Source: an uncultured Candidatus Actinomarina sp.
Lineage (GTDB): Bacteria; Actinomycetota; Acidimicrobiia; Actinomarinales; Actinomarinaceae
DNA: 64,000 nucleotides
Assembly (NCBI GenBank): GCA_902604835.1
Contig: CACKZW010000003.1
Location: forward strand, 408-64,407
Reading direction: 5' to 3'
The notes beneath the pieces were generated by a model. It was not told where the DNA came from, did no database searches, and was given only the letters and a program-made list of their open reading frames with translations. A program made the position numbers and the translations under genes. Shown here piece by piece: positions 1 to 10,477 of this stretch (position 1 is the first letter of the stretch; every line of letters starts with the position of its first letter).

Positions 1-56
1 ACGAAATACACTTTACACAGAAAAAAAGAACTTATCAGAAGACATATTATCTAAAG

Positions 57-695
57 ATGTTATCAAACTTTAACATTATTACACTTTTTCCAGAAATTTT
101 TAAAAATTGGCTTGATATTGGAATTTTATCTTCTGGATTTGAGAAAAACCTTTTTGAATTAACCACCACAAACTTGAGAGACTTTGGTATTGGAAATTAC
201 AAACAAGTTGATGACGCACCTTATGGTGGTGGACCAGGGATGGTTTTAATGATAGAACCAATGGACAATGCAATCTCGCAATCAAAGAAAGATGTAAATA
301 TTTTTTTGACTCCTGATGGTCAAGAATTGAATGAGGACTTGATTGAAGAACTTCATACATACAAATCAGCCAATATTATTTGTGGAAGGTATGAAGGTTT
401 TGATCAGAGAATACTCGAGCTTCATAGTGATTACGAAATCTCTATTGGAAAAACAGTTGTTTCAGGTGGAGAAGTGCCTGCTATGTTTCTCATGGAAGCA
501 CTTTTAAGAAAATTACCTGGAATACTTGGTAATTCAGAATCACTTAAATATGAATCATTTGTTAATGATAAATATGACCATCCTACCTATACAAGACCTG
601 AAGTATATAAAGGGTTTAAAGTGCCTGATGTGTTACTTTCCGGAGATCATAAGAAAATTGATGAATGGAAAAAGAATAATTTAAAAGACATTTAA
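57..695 (+). CDS. trmD: tRNA (guanine37-N1)-methyltransferase
   Basis: 212-aa ORF with TrmD/SPOUT motifs (ICGRYEGFDQR; SIGKTVVSGGEVPAM). It lies directly upstream of rplS, as in most bacteria. Confidence 0.9.
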   Translation: MLSNFNIITLFPEIFKNWLDIGILSSGFEKNLFELTTTNLRDFGIGNYKQVDDAPYGGGPGMVLMIEPMDNAISQSKKDVNIFLTPDGQELNEDLIEELHTYKSANIICGRYEGFDQRILELHSDYEISIGKTVVSGGEVPAMFLMEALLRKLPGILGNSESLKYESFVNDKYDHPTYTRPEVYKGFKVPDVLLSGDHKKIDEWKKNNLKDI

Positions 696-731
696 AGTAG
701 TTTTAAACCTATAATTTCAACTTGAGGCAAT

Positions 732-1079
732 ATGAATCTTATACAAGAAATTGAAAATAACCAATTAAAGTCTGATTTACCAGATATTAGATCTGGTGAT
801 ACTGTAAAAGTCAATGTCAAAGTATCTGAAGGTAATAGAGAAAGAATTCAGACCTATGAAGGCGTTGTAATTTCGATAAATGGTGTCACAATAAACAAAA
901 CCATTACAGTTCGTAAGCTTTCTTTTGGAGTAGGTGTCGAGAGAATATTTCCTATTCATGCCCCAATAATTGATTCGATAGAAGTAACACGTAAAGGCAA
1001 AGTAAGAAGATCAAAACTTTACTATCTACGTGATCGAATTGGAAAATCGGCAAAAATTAAAGAAGATAGAACTTCCTAA
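732..1079 (+). CDS. rplS: 50S ribosomal protein L19
   Basis: 115-aa ORF with an L19 signature ([11 protein letters not shown]...; [19 protein letters not shown]). It shows trmD-rplS synteny. Confidence 0.95.
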   Translation: MNLIQEIENNQLKSDLPDIRSGDTVKVNVKVSEGNRERIQTYEGVVISINGVTINKTITVRKLSFGVGVERIFPIHAPIIDSIEVTRKGKVRRSKLYYLRDRIGKSAKIKEDRTS

Positions 1080-1138
1080 AGTAAAATAAAATTATTATAA
1101 AAATTCTAAAAAATATATTTATTGTCTTTATCGCATTT

Positions 1139-1678
1139 TTGTTTGCAACTATTTTAAGAACATATATATTCCAAATTTATTACATACCTAGCCTATCTAT
1201 GTTTCCAAACATAAATATCAATGACAGAGTTCTTGTACTAAAAGATAAATTATTTAATATCGACTATTCTGTCGGTGACGTAATAGTGTTTAATTCACCT
1301 GAATCTAGTATTCCAAACAATACAAGTCTGCTTATCGACAATTTAAAGTTATGGGATTTAGTAAACAATGAAGGAAACAATAATCAAACAGTATATATAA
1401 AAAGAATTGTTGGTACTCCAGGTGATGAAATATCAATTAAAAAGAATGGGCAAGTATTCAATAATAACATTCAAGTAATTACAGAAAATGTAGCTTCTAC
1501 AGTTATCTTGGACGAAATTGTAATTAAATTAAGTGAAGATGAATATTTTTTACTAGGTGATAATAGAGATAACAGTTTTGACTCTCGATCATTTGGACCA
1601 ATTACAAGTTCAAGAATCATTGGAAAAGCTTTCTTCAAAATTTACCCACTTGATCAAATTCAAAATTTAAATGATTGA
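1139..1678 (+). CDS. lepB: signal peptidase I (S26)
   Basis: S26 boxes are present: IPSLSMFPN (Ser nucleophile), YIKRIVGTPGD (Lys box), GDNRDNSFDSR. TTG at 1139 is the first canonical start, but the frame is open from 1085 and the membrane anchor lies upstream (see findings). Confidence 0.85.
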   Translation: MFATILRTYIFQIYYIPSLSMFPNININDRVLVLKDKLFNIDYSVGDVIVFNSPESSIPNNTSLLIDNLKLWDLVNNEGNNNQTVYIKRIVGTPGDEISIKKNGQVFNNNIQVITENVASTVILDEIVIKLSEDEYFLLGDNRDNSFDSRSFGPITSSRIIGKAFFKIYPLDQIQNLND

Positions 1679-2273
1679 AAATAAAAATTGGGACAAAAAT
1701 AAAAAACAATTAATTATTGGTGCAGATGAAGTTGGACGTGGATCTTTAGCAGGACCCATTGTTGGAGCAGCTGTAAAATTAAAATTCCATGATATAGATT
1801 TACTTTCAGACGTTAGGGATTCTAAAAAACTTTCTCCAAAAAAGAGAGAAGAAATAGTTGAGAGGATTACAAATAGCGATATTGAGTTTTCAATATCTGA
1901 ATGTTCGAATACTTATATAGACAAGAATGGTATTTCTGAAGCTAATAAGAAGGTATTAAAAGAATCAGTACAATCTATTTATACAAACAAAGAAAAAGTT
2001 TACATTGATCATTTCAATATAAATGAATTTAGTGCAATATCATTGATTAGGGGAGAAGATCACAGTTATGCAATTGCCTTAGCAAGTATCATTGCAAAAG
2101 TTCATAGAGATAAAATAATGACAAAATTTTCAAGTGTTTATCCAAATTACTTATTTGAAAAAAATAAAGGTTATGGAACTAGAGAACACTTAGACATGTT
2201 GAAGAGATATGGTCCATGCACTATTCACAGAACTTCATTTAATTTAGGGCCCAAGCTACAACAGCAAAAGTAA
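1671..2273 (+). CDS. rnhB: ribonuclease HII
   Basis: GADEVGRGSLAGPIV metal-binding motif and a C-terminal KGYGT..H motif. It overlaps the lepB stop and sits in the lepB-rnhB position. Confidence 0.9.
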   Translation: MIENKNWDKNKKQLIIGADEVGRGSLAGPIVGAAVKLKFHDIDLLSDVRDSKKLSPKKREEIVERITNSDIEFSISECSNTYIDKNGISEANKKVLKESVQSIYTNKEKVYIDHFNINEFSAISLIRGEDHSYAIALASIIAKVHRDKIMTKFSSVYPNYLFEKNKGYGTREHLDMLKRYGPCTIHRTSFNLGPKLQQQK

Positions 2274-2280
2274 TAATCAG

Positions 2281-2299
2281 TGCAAATATTATATTTGCA
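2281..2299 (+). terminator. perfect 9+1+9 palindrome TGCAAATAT-T-ATATTTGCA just after the rnhB stop (weak AT-rich terminator or operator)
   Basis: Inverted repeat read directly from the sequence, 8 nt after the TAA at 2271-2273. A T-rich tract follows. Confidence 0.3.
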
Positions 2300-2366
2300 T
2301 AATCAATTTTATTTGCTTTATATGGCTTATTTGGATCAAACCCCATAGCTACATTCTAAATAAATT

Positions 2367-3140
2367 ATGATTAAAATATTCAGTATGGTTTTAGAAAGTA
2401 GTATAAAAGAAAACGCACTAATTTTGTCATTTAATAGTCCAAAAACTTCCAACTCAATTTCAGCAGAAGACTGGAAAGAACTTAAAAAGCAAATCAAAGA
2501 TTTTGAAAAAAGTGAGATTAAGTATCTTGTATTAAACAGGGTCAATGATAATTTTTCTTCAGGTGCACAATTAGCAGAGAATTTAAATGCATCTATGGAG
2601 GACGTTTCTGAAGCTTCAAAAATTTTGTGGGAATGTAAAAAACCAGTTATATCAGTAGTAGACGGTGTGTGTGCTGGCGCAGCTTCAAATATGATTTTAT
2701 TAAGTGACTTTATAATTGCTACCCCTGAAACAAGGTTTATTGAAGTATTTGCAAGAAGAGGACTTGTAGTTGATTTCAGTGGTTCTTGGATTTTGCCAAG
2801 AATAATTGGAGTTCAAAAAGCCAAAGAATTAATGATGACTGCATCTGAAGTTAATGGAGAAACGTTAGATAAATTTGGATTACTCTATAAATTATCCGAA
2901 AAAGCAGAATTAGATAATGAACTTGATAACTTAATCAATCTTCTTGATAAACAAAGTTTCATTTCAATTTGTATGATAAAAGATCAGATTAGAAAGGGTC
3001 TTAACTCTAATTTTGATGATTCTCTAGCTAACGAAACTGTAAATCAAAATGATAGATTTATACATTCAGATGTCATGGAAGGAATGTCAGCTTTTATAGA
3101 GAAAAGACAACCAAACTATAAAAATACATTAGATGAATAA
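2367..3140 (+). CDS. enoyl-CoA hydratase/isomerase (crotonase) family protein
   Basis: Crotonase-fold pattern: FSSGAQL, VVDGVCAGAASNMILLSDFIIA, and C-terminal MEGMSAFIEKRQP. Confidence 0.8.
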   Translation: MIKIFSMVLESSIKENALILSFNSPKTSNSISAEDWKELKKQIKDFEKSEIKYLVLNRVNDNFSSGAQLAENLNASMEDVSEASKILWECKKPVISVVDGVCAGAASNMILLSDFIIATPETRFIEVFARRGLVVDFSGSWILPRIIGVQKAKELMMTASEVNGETLDKFGLLYKLSEKAELDNELDNLINLLDKQSFISICMIKDQIRKGLNSNFDDSLANETVNQNDRFIHSDVMEGMSAFIEKRQPNYKNTLDE

Positions 3141-3213
3141 ATAAAAATTAATATATATTCAACTTAGTGAATATATATGCAATAATAAATCTATATATAT
3201 GGAGGTCTATAAC

Positions 3214-4104
3214 TTGAAAAGTAAAAAGACGTTAATTTTATTTTTTGCTTTAGCAATGGTTGCAACCGCATGTTCTACTGCGGCTGTACCTTGTGATGAA
3301 GTAGAAATTACAACTGGTGAAAATGGTTTACCAGATTTAGATGGATGTGAATTCACTTTTGCAGTGGAAAATGCATATTTACCTTTCAACTACATTGACG
3401 CTACAACTGGCGAAGCAATGGGTTGGGATTATGATGTATTCAACTACATGGGTGAATTAATGAATTTCACACCTGTTTATGTTCCAACTGCTTGGGATGG
3501 AATGATACAAGCAACAGCTGACGGTCAATTTATGATCGCAGGTGACGGAATAACAATTACTTCTGAAAGAGACGAAATTGTTGATTTTTCAGATGGTTAT
3601 ATTAATTTAGCTCAAAGAGTTCTTGTAGCTGTTGGTAATACAGATATCACAAGTATCGAAGATCTAAAAAATAATGATTATGTTGTAGCAACTCAAAAAG
3701 GTACAACAAATTATGATTATGCAGTAGAAGCTTTAGGCGCAGACAAAGTTAAAGCATTTGATGATTTCAACTTTGCAATTCAGGCTGTAATATCAGGTGA
3801 TGCAGATGCATCAATAATTGATGAAACAGCTGGATTAGGATACATGGGAGCCAACAAAGGCGATGTGAAACTTGTTGGAGGAGACTTGACTTCTGAACAA
3901 CTTGGATTTGCATTCCCTAATGGAAGCCCATTAGTTGATGTTATAAATCAAGGTCTGGCTGAAATGGTTGCTAACGGAGAATTAGATAAGATAAATGCAA
4001 AATATTTTTCTCCTGATTTTGCTGTTACCTATGCCGATATTGCAGAATGCGACGAAGGCATTCCAGTAGAATATCGTCCAGATGACTGTGTAATTGAAGA
4101 GTAA
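3214..4104 (+). CDS. amino-acid ABC transporter substrate-binding lipoprotein (family 3 SBP)
   Basis: Signal peptide and lipobox MKSKKTLILFFALAMVATAC when started at TTG 3214, which lies 8 nt after GGAGG. The track start is ATG 3199. SBP_bac_3-like motifs are present (LPFNYID, WDGMIQA, DGITITSERDEIVDFSDGY). Confidence 0.85.
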   Translation: MKSKKTLILFFALAMVATACSTAAVPCDEVEITTGENGLPDLDGCEFTFAVENAYLPFNYIDATTGEAMGWDYDVFNYMGELMNFTPVYVPTAWDGMIQATADGQFMIAGDGITITSERDEIVDFSDGYINLAQRVLVAVGNTDITSIEDLKNNDYVVATQKGTTNYDYAVEALGADKVKAFDDFNFAIQAVISGDADASIIDETAGLGYMGANKGDVKLVGGDLTSEQLGFAFPNGSPLVDVINQGLAEMVANGELDKINAKYFSPDFAVTYADIAECDEGIPVEYRPDDCVIEE

Positions 4105-4136
4105 TAAACTTTAAGTTAACACAATTTAAATTTGTA

Positions 4137-4160
4137 ATAGGCACGGAGATCCGTGCCTAT
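4137..4160 (+). terminator. GC-rich hairpin (10-bp stem ATAGGCACGG/CCGTGCCTAT, loop AGAT) between the SBP and permease genes; attenuator or partial terminator
   Basis: Read directly from the sequence. It is followed by TGCTTTAAT. The track's GTG start at 4153 lies inside the stem. Confidence 0.6.
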
Positions 4161-4179
4161 TGCTTTAATATGGGTAGAA

Positions 4180-4938
4180 ATGAAGATTAAAAATATTTTA
4201 AAACCTGAAAACTGGTGGATAATTATTTTGGCAACAATTATCTCTTGGATGTTGTTCACAATTTTTAATAATCCTGAATATAACAAAGCATTTTATTTTA
4301 TTCTTCCTGGATTAAGAATCACATTCTTATCTACTATTATATCTTTTGTAATCGCCATTTTTCTTGGCTTAGTATCTGGAATTGGACGTATTTCAGGTAA
4401 TAAGATTGCCAGTACATTATCGCGTACTTATATTGAATTTATCCGTGGAGTACCAGTATTAATATTAATTTTCACTATTGCTTTTGTAGTAGTGGTTGAT
4501 GCCGCTGAATTATTAAATATTAATAATGGCAATGTACCAATGCTTGTTCGTGCAATCATTGCATTATCGGTTTTTTATGGTGCTTACATTGCTGAAGTTT
4601 TTAGGGCAGGTATTGAATCTGTTCCTGTTGGACAACGTGAGGGTGGAGCATCACTAGGTCTATCTGAGAGACAAATAATGAGATATATTGTGTTACCCCA
4701 AGCTTTTAGGAATATGTTGCCTGCATTAGGTAATGATTTTATATCAATGATGAAGGACTCATCACTGCTCTCTGTTTTAGCAGTAGAGGATTTAACATAT
4801 CGAGGACGGCTTTATTCAGGAAGTACATTTAGATTTGCTGAAACTTATCTTGTTCTGACTGTCCTATATTTAATAATTACACTTTTACTTTCAGGATTAC
4901 AAAGAAGGTTGGAATTAAGACTTGAAAATTCAGATTAA
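4180..4938 (+). CDS. amino-acid ABC transporter permease (His/Glu/Gln/Arg/opine family)
   Basis: Multi-TM ORF with the EAA-type loop EGGASLGLSERQIMRYIVLPQA. The ATG at 4180 lies downstream of the hairpin. Confidence 0.85.
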   Translation: MKIKNILKPENWWIIILATIISWMLFTIFNNPEYNKAFYFILPGLRITFLSTIISFVIAIFLGLVSGIGRISGNKIASTLSRTYIEFIRGVPVLILIFTIAFVVVVDAAELLNINNGNVPMLVRAIIALSVFYGAYIAEVFRAGIESVPVGQREGGASLGLSERQIMRYIVLPQAFRNMLPALGNDFISMMKDSSLLSVLAVEDLTYRGRLYSGSTFRFAETYLVLTVLYLIITLLLSGLQRRLELRLENSD

Positions 4939-5773
4939 AGATTTAACAGATAATTATTTAGAATACTTAAAAAAAATTAAAAATTACTCTGATCACACAT
5001 GTAAAGCTTATGAAAGTGATTTAAACCAATATATACTTTATCTGAGCGAATCTGATAGTGACTTGTTCGATAATAAAAATTTTGTAAATTATTTATTTGA
5101 AAAAGGTCTGGCAAAATCAACTATAAATAGAAAACTAACATCAATAAATAATTTTTTAGAGTGGGCATCAAAGATAGAAAAAAATAAATCATATTATAAA
5201 TTTGAAAGTTTAAAAACTGAAAGACGATTACCAGATATTCTAACTTCAAATTATATAAATACGTTAATAAATGAGTTACCGATAAACACACCTAAAGAGG
5301 TAAGAAATAAAGCTATTGTTGAATTACTTTATTCATCTGGATTAAGAGTATCTGAAGTTGTTAATTTGAAGCTTAATGATATGAAAGATAACAAATCTTT
5401 ACGCGTTGTAGGTAAAGGAAGAAAAGTAAGAATACTACCTATGACAGACCAAGCATATAATATTATCAAGTTATGGATAAAAAATTTTAGAAAGAATTTT
5501 TTAAATGACCAAGACAATAATTACCTTTTTCTTGGAGTTAGAGGAAAACAATTATCCGATAGGGAAGTAAGAAGAATAGTTAAATCTAGTACTGGGACTT
5601 TTCCTCATAATTTGCGTCATACTTTTGCAACCCATATTTTAGATGGGGGAGCAGATTTAAGAGTTGTTCAGGAACTATTAGGTCATTCCGATCCAACCAC
5701 AACACAACTTTATACACATGTATCCAAGAAGAAACTACAAGAAAAGTACAAAAGAACCCATCCAAGAGGTTGA
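4922..5773 (+). CDS. xerC: tyrosine recombinase XerC/XerD family
   Basis: Catalytic pattern: SSGLRVSE..., HNLRHTFATH, LLGHSDPTTTQLYTHV (R..HxxR..Y). Its position upstream of rpsB matches actinobacterial xerC. Confidence 0.8.
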   Translation: MKIQIKDLTDNYLEYLKKIKNYSDHTCKAYESDLNQYILYLSESDSDLFDNKNFVNYLFEKGLAKSTINRKLTSINNFLEWASKIEKNKSYYKFESLKTERRLPDILTSNYINTLINELPINTPKEVRNKAIVELLYSSGLRVSEVVNLKLNDMKDNKSLRVVGKGRKVRILPMTDQAYNIIKLWIKNFRKNFLNDQDNNYLFLGVRGKQLSDREVRRIVKSSTGTFPHNLRHTFATHILDGGADLRVVQELLGHSDPTTTQLYTHVSKKKLQEKYKRTHPRG

Positions 5774-5897
5774 TTAAACCATTAATTAGATTACTATTTA
5801 AATGAAATAGACACCATATTTACAAGTTTCCTTGGTGAACGAAAGTTTGGAAACCGCATAAGCAAAGAAATATGGGATGAACAACCAAAGGAGAATT

Positions 5898-6611
5898 ATG
5901 TCAGCAACAATGAAAGATCTGCTTGAAGCAGGAGTTCATTTCGGTCACCAAACTCAACGTTGGAACCCTAAGATGGATAAATATATATATGGAGACAAAA
6001 GCGGTATTCATATACTCGATCTAAGAATTACCTATGACACGTTAGAAAAAACTCAAGAATTCGTTCAAAAACTGGTAGCAAACAGCGGAAAAGTACTTTT
6101 TGTTGGAACAAAACCACAAGCTCAGAAAGTCATTGAGGAGCAAGCAATACGCGCACAAATGCCATATGTAAATCACAGATGGTTAGGTGGAATGCTTACT
6201 AATTTTAAAACAATTATTAAGAGAGTCATTTATTTGAACGAACTTAATTCATTAGAAACATCTGGAGAAATTAATGCATATCCAAAACCTGAAAGATTAA
6301 GAATTAGGAGAGAAATTGAAAAATTAACAAAATCAATTGGAGGAATTGTAAATCTAAACAAACTACCGGAAGCAATATTTATTGTTGATTTGCTGAATGA
6401 GACAACAGCGCTTACAGAAGCAAAAAAATTAGATATACCTGTAATTGGTCTTGCAGATTCAAATGTTGATCCTGAAAATGTTGATTTTGTAATTCCTGGA
6501 AATGATGATGCAATACGATCAATTGAAGTCATTGCAACAGCAATTGCAGATGCATGCCTAAAAGGACTCGGCAAAAGAGAAGATGTAGAAGTTGGAGAAG
6601 ACAAAGAATGA
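5898..6611 (+). CDS. rpsB: 30S ribosomal protein S2
   Basis: MKDLLEAGVHFGHQTQRWNPKM signature. The ATG at 5898 is preceded by AAAGGAG. The track start is 5877. Confidence 0.95.
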   Translation: MSATMKDLLEAGVHFGHQTQRWNPKMDKYIYGDKSGIHILDLRITYDTLEKTQEFVQKLVANSGKVLFVGTKPQAQKVIEEQAIRAQMPYVNHRWLGGMLTNFKTIIKRVIYLNELNSLETSGEINAYPKPERLRIRREIEKLTKSIGGIVNLNKLPEAIFIVDLLNETTALTEAKKLDIPVIGLADSNVDPENVDFVIPGNDDAIRSIEVIATAIADACLKGLGKREDVEVGEDKE

Positions 6612-7216
6612 ATATTTCAGCATCCGACGTTAAGAAATTAAGAGATATGTCAGGGGCTGGGATGATGGATGCTAAAGAAGCATTGAAGGAATCAAATGGT
6701 GACTTTGATGCCGCTGTAAAGTACCTTCGAGAAAAAGGACTTGCTGATTCAAAAAAAAGATCTGACAGAGACGCAAACCAAGGAACAATCGGTGAGTATA
6801 TACATTTTCAGCAAGATAGAGCTGTAGCTGGAGTTTTAGTTGAATTAGCTTGTGAAACTGATTTTGTTGCTAAATCTGAAGAGTTCAAGGATATTGCAAA
6901 ACAAATTGCAATGCATGTTGCAGCAATGAAGCCATCATATTTAAATATTGATGATATTCCTGAAGATAAAATTCAAGAAGAAAAAGAAATTATTGCTAAA
7001 CAGTCAGAGAATGATGGGAAGCCTCAAGAAGTTATGGAGAAAATAATCGAAGGTAAAATCAGTTCATTTTTCAACGATAATGTTCTAAATGAACAAACTT
7101 TTTGTAATCCTGAAATATATGAAGGAAAAGTTGGGGTAATGATTGATGAAATGTCCGGAAAGCTCGGTGAAAGAATTTATATTAAACAATTTTCGCATTT
7201 AGAAGTTGGTAGCTAA
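6608..7216 (+). CDS. tsf: elongation factor Ts (short form)
   Basis: UBA-like N-terminus [22 protein letters not shown] and the motif [14 protein letters not shown] 6608 overlaps the rpsB TGA (ATGA). Confidence 0.9.
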   Translation: MNISASDVKKLRDMSGAGMMDAKEALKESNGDFDAAVKYLREKGLADSKKRSDRDANQGTIGEYIHFQQDRAVAGVLVELACETDFVAKSEEFKDIAKQIAMHVAAMKPSYLNIDDIPEDKIQEEKEIIAKQSENDGKPQEVMEKIIEGKISSFFNDNVLNEQTFCNPEIYEGKVGVMIDEMSGKLGERIYIKQFSHLEVGS

Positions 7217-7218
7217 AG

Positions 7219-7920
7219 ATGTCCAGAGTTTTATTAAAACTATCTGGAGAATCTTTTGCTGATGATGAAACCAACTTTGGGATTGAGTCAAGCACGCTAA
7301 CTAGAATTGCTGATGAAATTGCAAGAGCGAGCAATGATGGAATAGAGATTGGTGTTGTAGTTGGTGGTGGTAACTTTTTTCGAGGCGTCAGTGAATCTGC
7401 CCAAAATATGGCTCAAGCAAACGCTGATTATATGGGAATGTTGGCTACCGTTATTAATGCAATTGCACTTAAAGATGCACTTGATAAAAAAGGAATAAAT
7501 ACAAGGGTTCAGTCAGCTATAACGATGACGTCTGTCGCAGAACCCTATATTAGATTAAGAGCAATAAGGCACTTAGAAAAAGGAAGAGTTGTAATTTTTG
7601 CAGCCGGAACTGGAAATCCATATTTCACAACTGATACAGCAGCTTCCTTGAGAGCAGCTGAAATTGAAGCTCAGATTGTTCTAAAATCTACAAGAGTTGA
7701 TGGTGTATATGATAAAGATCCAGAAAAAGATTCAAATGCTAAATTTTTAAATGAACTCTCTTACAAAGAAGTTCTAGAAAAAAAATTGTCAGTTATGGAC
7801 TTAACTGCGATAACACTGTGTGAAGAAAATAGTATGCCTATAAGAGTATTTAACGGAACAGTCGAAGAAAATATATATAAAGTTCTTAAAGGTGAAGAAA
7901 TGGGAACATTTATTAAATAA
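7219..7920 (+). CDS. pyrH: UMP kinase
   Basis: [18 protein letters not shown], and [16 protein letters not shown] motifs. Confidence 0.95.
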   Translation: MSRVLLKLSGESFADDETNFGIESSTLTRIADEIARASNDGIEIGVVVGGGNFFRGVSESAQNMAQANADYMGMLATVINAIALKDALDKKGINTRVQSAITMTSVAEPYIRLRAIRHLEKGRVVIFAAGTGNPYFTTDTAASLRAAEIEAQIVLKSTRVDGVYDKDPEKDSNAKFLNELSYKEVLEKKLSVMDLTAITLCEENSMPIRVFNGTVEENIYKVLKGEEMGTFIK

Positions 7921-7922
7921 TT

Positions 7923-8474
7923 ATGTCAGAAGAGATTATTACCGATATAGAAGTTGAGATGACAATTTCAATAGAGCATCTTATTGACGAATTTGGAAAA
8001 ATTAGAACTGGTCGTGCAAATCCAAATTTGGTTACGAGTATACAAGTAGATTATTACGGTACGAAAACACCACTTCAACAATTAGCTTCGGTTAGCGTTC
8101 CAGATCCAAGGCTCTTAGTTATTCAACCATTTGACAAGAGTTCTTTTGAAGAAATAGAAAAAGCAATACAAAATGCAGACATAGGATTAAATCCTGCAAC
8201 TGATGGTGACATAATAAGAATTCCAATTCCTCCATTATCTGAAGAAAGAAGAAAAGAATTATCAAAAGTCGCATCAAAAGCATCTGAAGATACAAAAGTT
8301 TCAATACGTTCACACAGAAGATCAGGAATAGATAAAATTAATGAATTAAAAGACGATTTACCAGCTGACGAAATAAAAAGGTACGAATCAAAAATACAAG
8401 AACTTACTGATAAGTTTGTAAATAAAATCGATGAACTTTATAAAATTAAAGAAAATGAGTTACTTGAAGTTTAA
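7923..8474 (+). CDS. frr: ribosome recycling factor
   Basis: [11 protein letters not shown] and [16 protein letters not shown] motifs. It shows pyrH-frr synteny. Confidence 0.95.
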   Translation: MSEEIITDIEVEMTISIEHLIDEFGKIRTGRANPNLVTSIQVDYYGTKTPLQQLASVSVPDPRLLVIQPFDKSSFEEIEKAIQNADIGLNPATDGDIIRIPIPPLSEERRKELSKVASKASEDTKVSIRSHRRSGIDKINELKDDLPADEIKRYESKIQELTDKFVNKIDELYKIKENELLEV

Positions 8475-9360
8475 GTTTTTCTTTTCTTCTGATGAAGATG
8501 GAACTTTTTGGCCTGGTGTAGTTGAGTTACCCGTTGAAAAAGAAGTTTCATTTGATGATTCGTCAAATGATGAAAATAAAAATCAAAGAATTATTACTGG
8601 AATAATTCTGTTTGCTGTTTTGTCACTTTTTTTTCTAAATAAGTTAAGCGCTTTCATTCTATTGATCCTTATAGCTTTTATTGCTGCAAAAGAATGGTTT
8701 GATTTGTTTGAATATAGTATTTTTATACCATATCCACTTCTTCTTTTTTCTGCACTTGCTCCGCTAGTTGTTGTATATTTTTATGATTTATCAGACATTA
8801 TTGTTCCATATTTTATCTTCCCCCTTGGTTTGATAATATATTTAGGTTTTTTTACAAATTATGCGATATACGATAAGTTTGGAAGCGCAATTGTTTTTCA
8901 TTCATGGTTTTCAATTGGTATTGCTTCACTAGCTACATTAATTAGATATGAAGAACTTATTTTTGTTTATTTATCAATTCTTTCCATTTCCATATCGGAT
9001 ATATTTGCTTATGAAATAGGAAAAAGAGTAGGCAAAAGAAAACTTGCAGAAAATATTTCCCCAAATAAAACTATTGAAGGATTTTTAGCTGGTCTATTAA
9101 TAGGCTCTTTATTTATGACTTTTAATTTAACGATAAACCTTGATAAACCATTTTTACAATCATTATTTATCTCTTTATTTTTCATATTTTTTGGTGTACT
9201 CGGTGATCTTTTTATGTCAAAAATAAAGAGATCTATCAATGTCAAAGATTCGGGTACTATATTTCCTGGTCATGGTGGTCTCCTTGACCGAATAGACTCC
9301 TACTTAATCAGCTTTCCATTTTTGTTAATAGTATTTCACTTTTACTATTTAAATTTTTAA
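8455..9360 (+). CDS. cdsA: phosphatidate cytidylyltransferase
   Basis: CTP-transferase signature [28 protein letters not shown]. The protein is multi-TM. The start is uncertain (ATG 8455 versus track start 8431). Confidence 0.8.
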   Translation: MSYLKFKFFFSSDEDGTFWPGVVELPVEKEVSFDDSSNDENKNQRIITGIILFAVLSLFFLNKLSAFILLILIAFIAAKEWFDLFEYSIFIPYPLLLFSALAPLVVVYFYDLSDIIVPYFIFPLGLIIYLGFFTNYAIYDKFGSAIVFHSWFSIGIASLATLIRYEELIFVYLSILSISISDIFAYEIGKRVGKRKLAENISPNKTIEGFLAGLLIGSLFMTFNLTINLDKPFLQSLFISLFFIFFGVLGDLFMSKIKRSINVKDSGTIFPGHGGLLDRIDSYLISFPFLLIVFHFYYLNF

Positions 9361-9376
9361 ATGAGATAATGATTAT

Positions 9377-10477
9377 ATGAATGGTTTATTAACGATATTA
9401 ATGCTTACTTTTTTTGTTGTTATGCATGAAGCAGGTCATTATTTTGCTGCTAGATTCTCAAAAGTAGCGGTTTCTGAATTTTTTGTGGGATTTGGTCCAA
9501 AAATATTTTCTTTTAAAAAAAATGGTACTGAATACGGTCTTAAGGGGATTCCCTTTGGTGGCTATGTAAAAATACCTGGAATGGACGAATCTGAAGCAAC
9601 TAAAGATTATGCTGAGGATGAATTATTTCATACTTCCAAATGGACTACAAAGCTGTTTATTGCTTCTGCTGGAATAATTGTAAATTTTATCACCGCATGG
9701 ATAATTTTATTTTCAATATTTATTTTCAATGGAGTTACACAACCGACGCTTCAAATTGATACAATCGGTCAATCTGTAAATAATGAAAAATTATCTCCTT
9801 CTGAATTTGCCGGACTAAAACCAGGAGACACCATCACTCAATTTAATGGCTTGAATGTTGAATCATGGGAAGATTTAGTAAAAAATATTGAAATTAATCC
9901 TAATAAAGAAGTTTCTTTAAAGTACATAAGAAATGGTGGCACATATCTTACGACTACAGTTTTGGAATCAAGAAATATAAATGGTAATGATTTAGGGTAT
10001 CTTGGAGTATCTCCAGTAATAGAACAACAAAATGTTGGAATTATTAATTCGGCAATTTTTTCAACAAAACTTGAATATGAAATGACTTTGGCAGCGGTTG
10101 ATGGAATCTTTACCCTATTAAGTCCAGAAAATATAAGAACATTATTAGGTACATATTCTGGTCAAGATATTCCAGATGAATCTCGACCACTTAGTCCAAT
10201 TGGTTTGGCCCAAGCGGGAAGTCAAATTGCTGACAATGGATATGTGAACCTTTTTAGTTTGCTAGCTTTTGTAAATGTATTTTTAGCAGTGTTTAATGCT
10301 ATACCCCTAATACCACTTGATGGAGGAAGAGTTTTATTGTCTCTAATAGAGGGTATAACTGGTAAGAAGATTCCTGATAAGAATCTTTATCCTATTGCAG
10401 CTTTAGTAATTATTGTTTTTGTCTTTATTGGAATAACAGCATTTTATTTAGATATAACTCAACCAATTAACTTATGA
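9377..10477 (+). CDS. rseP: M50 site-2 zinc metalloprotease (RseP/Rip1-like) with PDZ domain
   Basis: HEAGHY zinc motif in TM1, a PDZ-like region ([13 protein letters not shown]), and a C-terminal [11 protein letters not shown] motif. Confidence 0.85.
   Translation: MNGLLTILMLTFFVVMHEAGHYFAARFSKVAVSEFFVGFGPKIFSFKKNGTEYGLKGIPFGGYVKIPGMDESEATKDYAEDELFHTSKWTTKLFIASAGIIVNFITAWIILFSIFIFNGVTQPTLQIDTIGQSVNNEKLSPSEFAGLKPGDTITQFNGLNVESWEDLVKNIEINPNKEVSLKYIRNGGTYLTTTVLESRNINGNDLGYLGVSPVIEQQNVGIINSAIFSTKLEYEMTLAAVDGIFTLLSPENIRTLLGTYSGQDIPDESRPLSPIGLAQAGSQIADNGYVNLFSLLAFVNVFLAVFNAIPLIPLDGGRVLLSLIEGITGKKIPDKNLYPIAALVIIVFVFIGITAFYLDITQPINL

Noticed and set aside
1-54. A short open frame running into the window start (ending at TAA 52-54) could be the 3' end of rimM.
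   Set aside because: Only 17 codons are visible, and they do not resemble the RimM C-terminus I remember. This is too little to call.
4153-4179. The track start codons GTG 4153 (permease) and GTG 13203 (rimP).
   Set aside because: Both lie inside GC-rich terminator or attenuator stems. Downstream ATGs (4180; 13245, preceded by GGAGG) give typical N-termini.
4922-5773. The tyrosine recombinase could be a mobile-element integrase marking an island.
   Set aside because: It sits at the conserved xerC position upstream of rpsB in the actinobacterial backbone. It has the XerC/D-type motif set and is not flanked by a tRNA, repeats or phage or IS genes.
5837-5848. GAACGAAAGTTT upstream of rpsB resembles a LexA half-palindrome (GAAC-N4-GTTT).
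   Set aside because: It has a mismatch in the right half-site, lacks the flanking TA/ATTT context seen at recA and lexA, and has no biological rationale at rpsB. The sequence is better explained as part of a GTTTCC...GGAAAC leader hairpin, which I could not support as a known rpsB leader.
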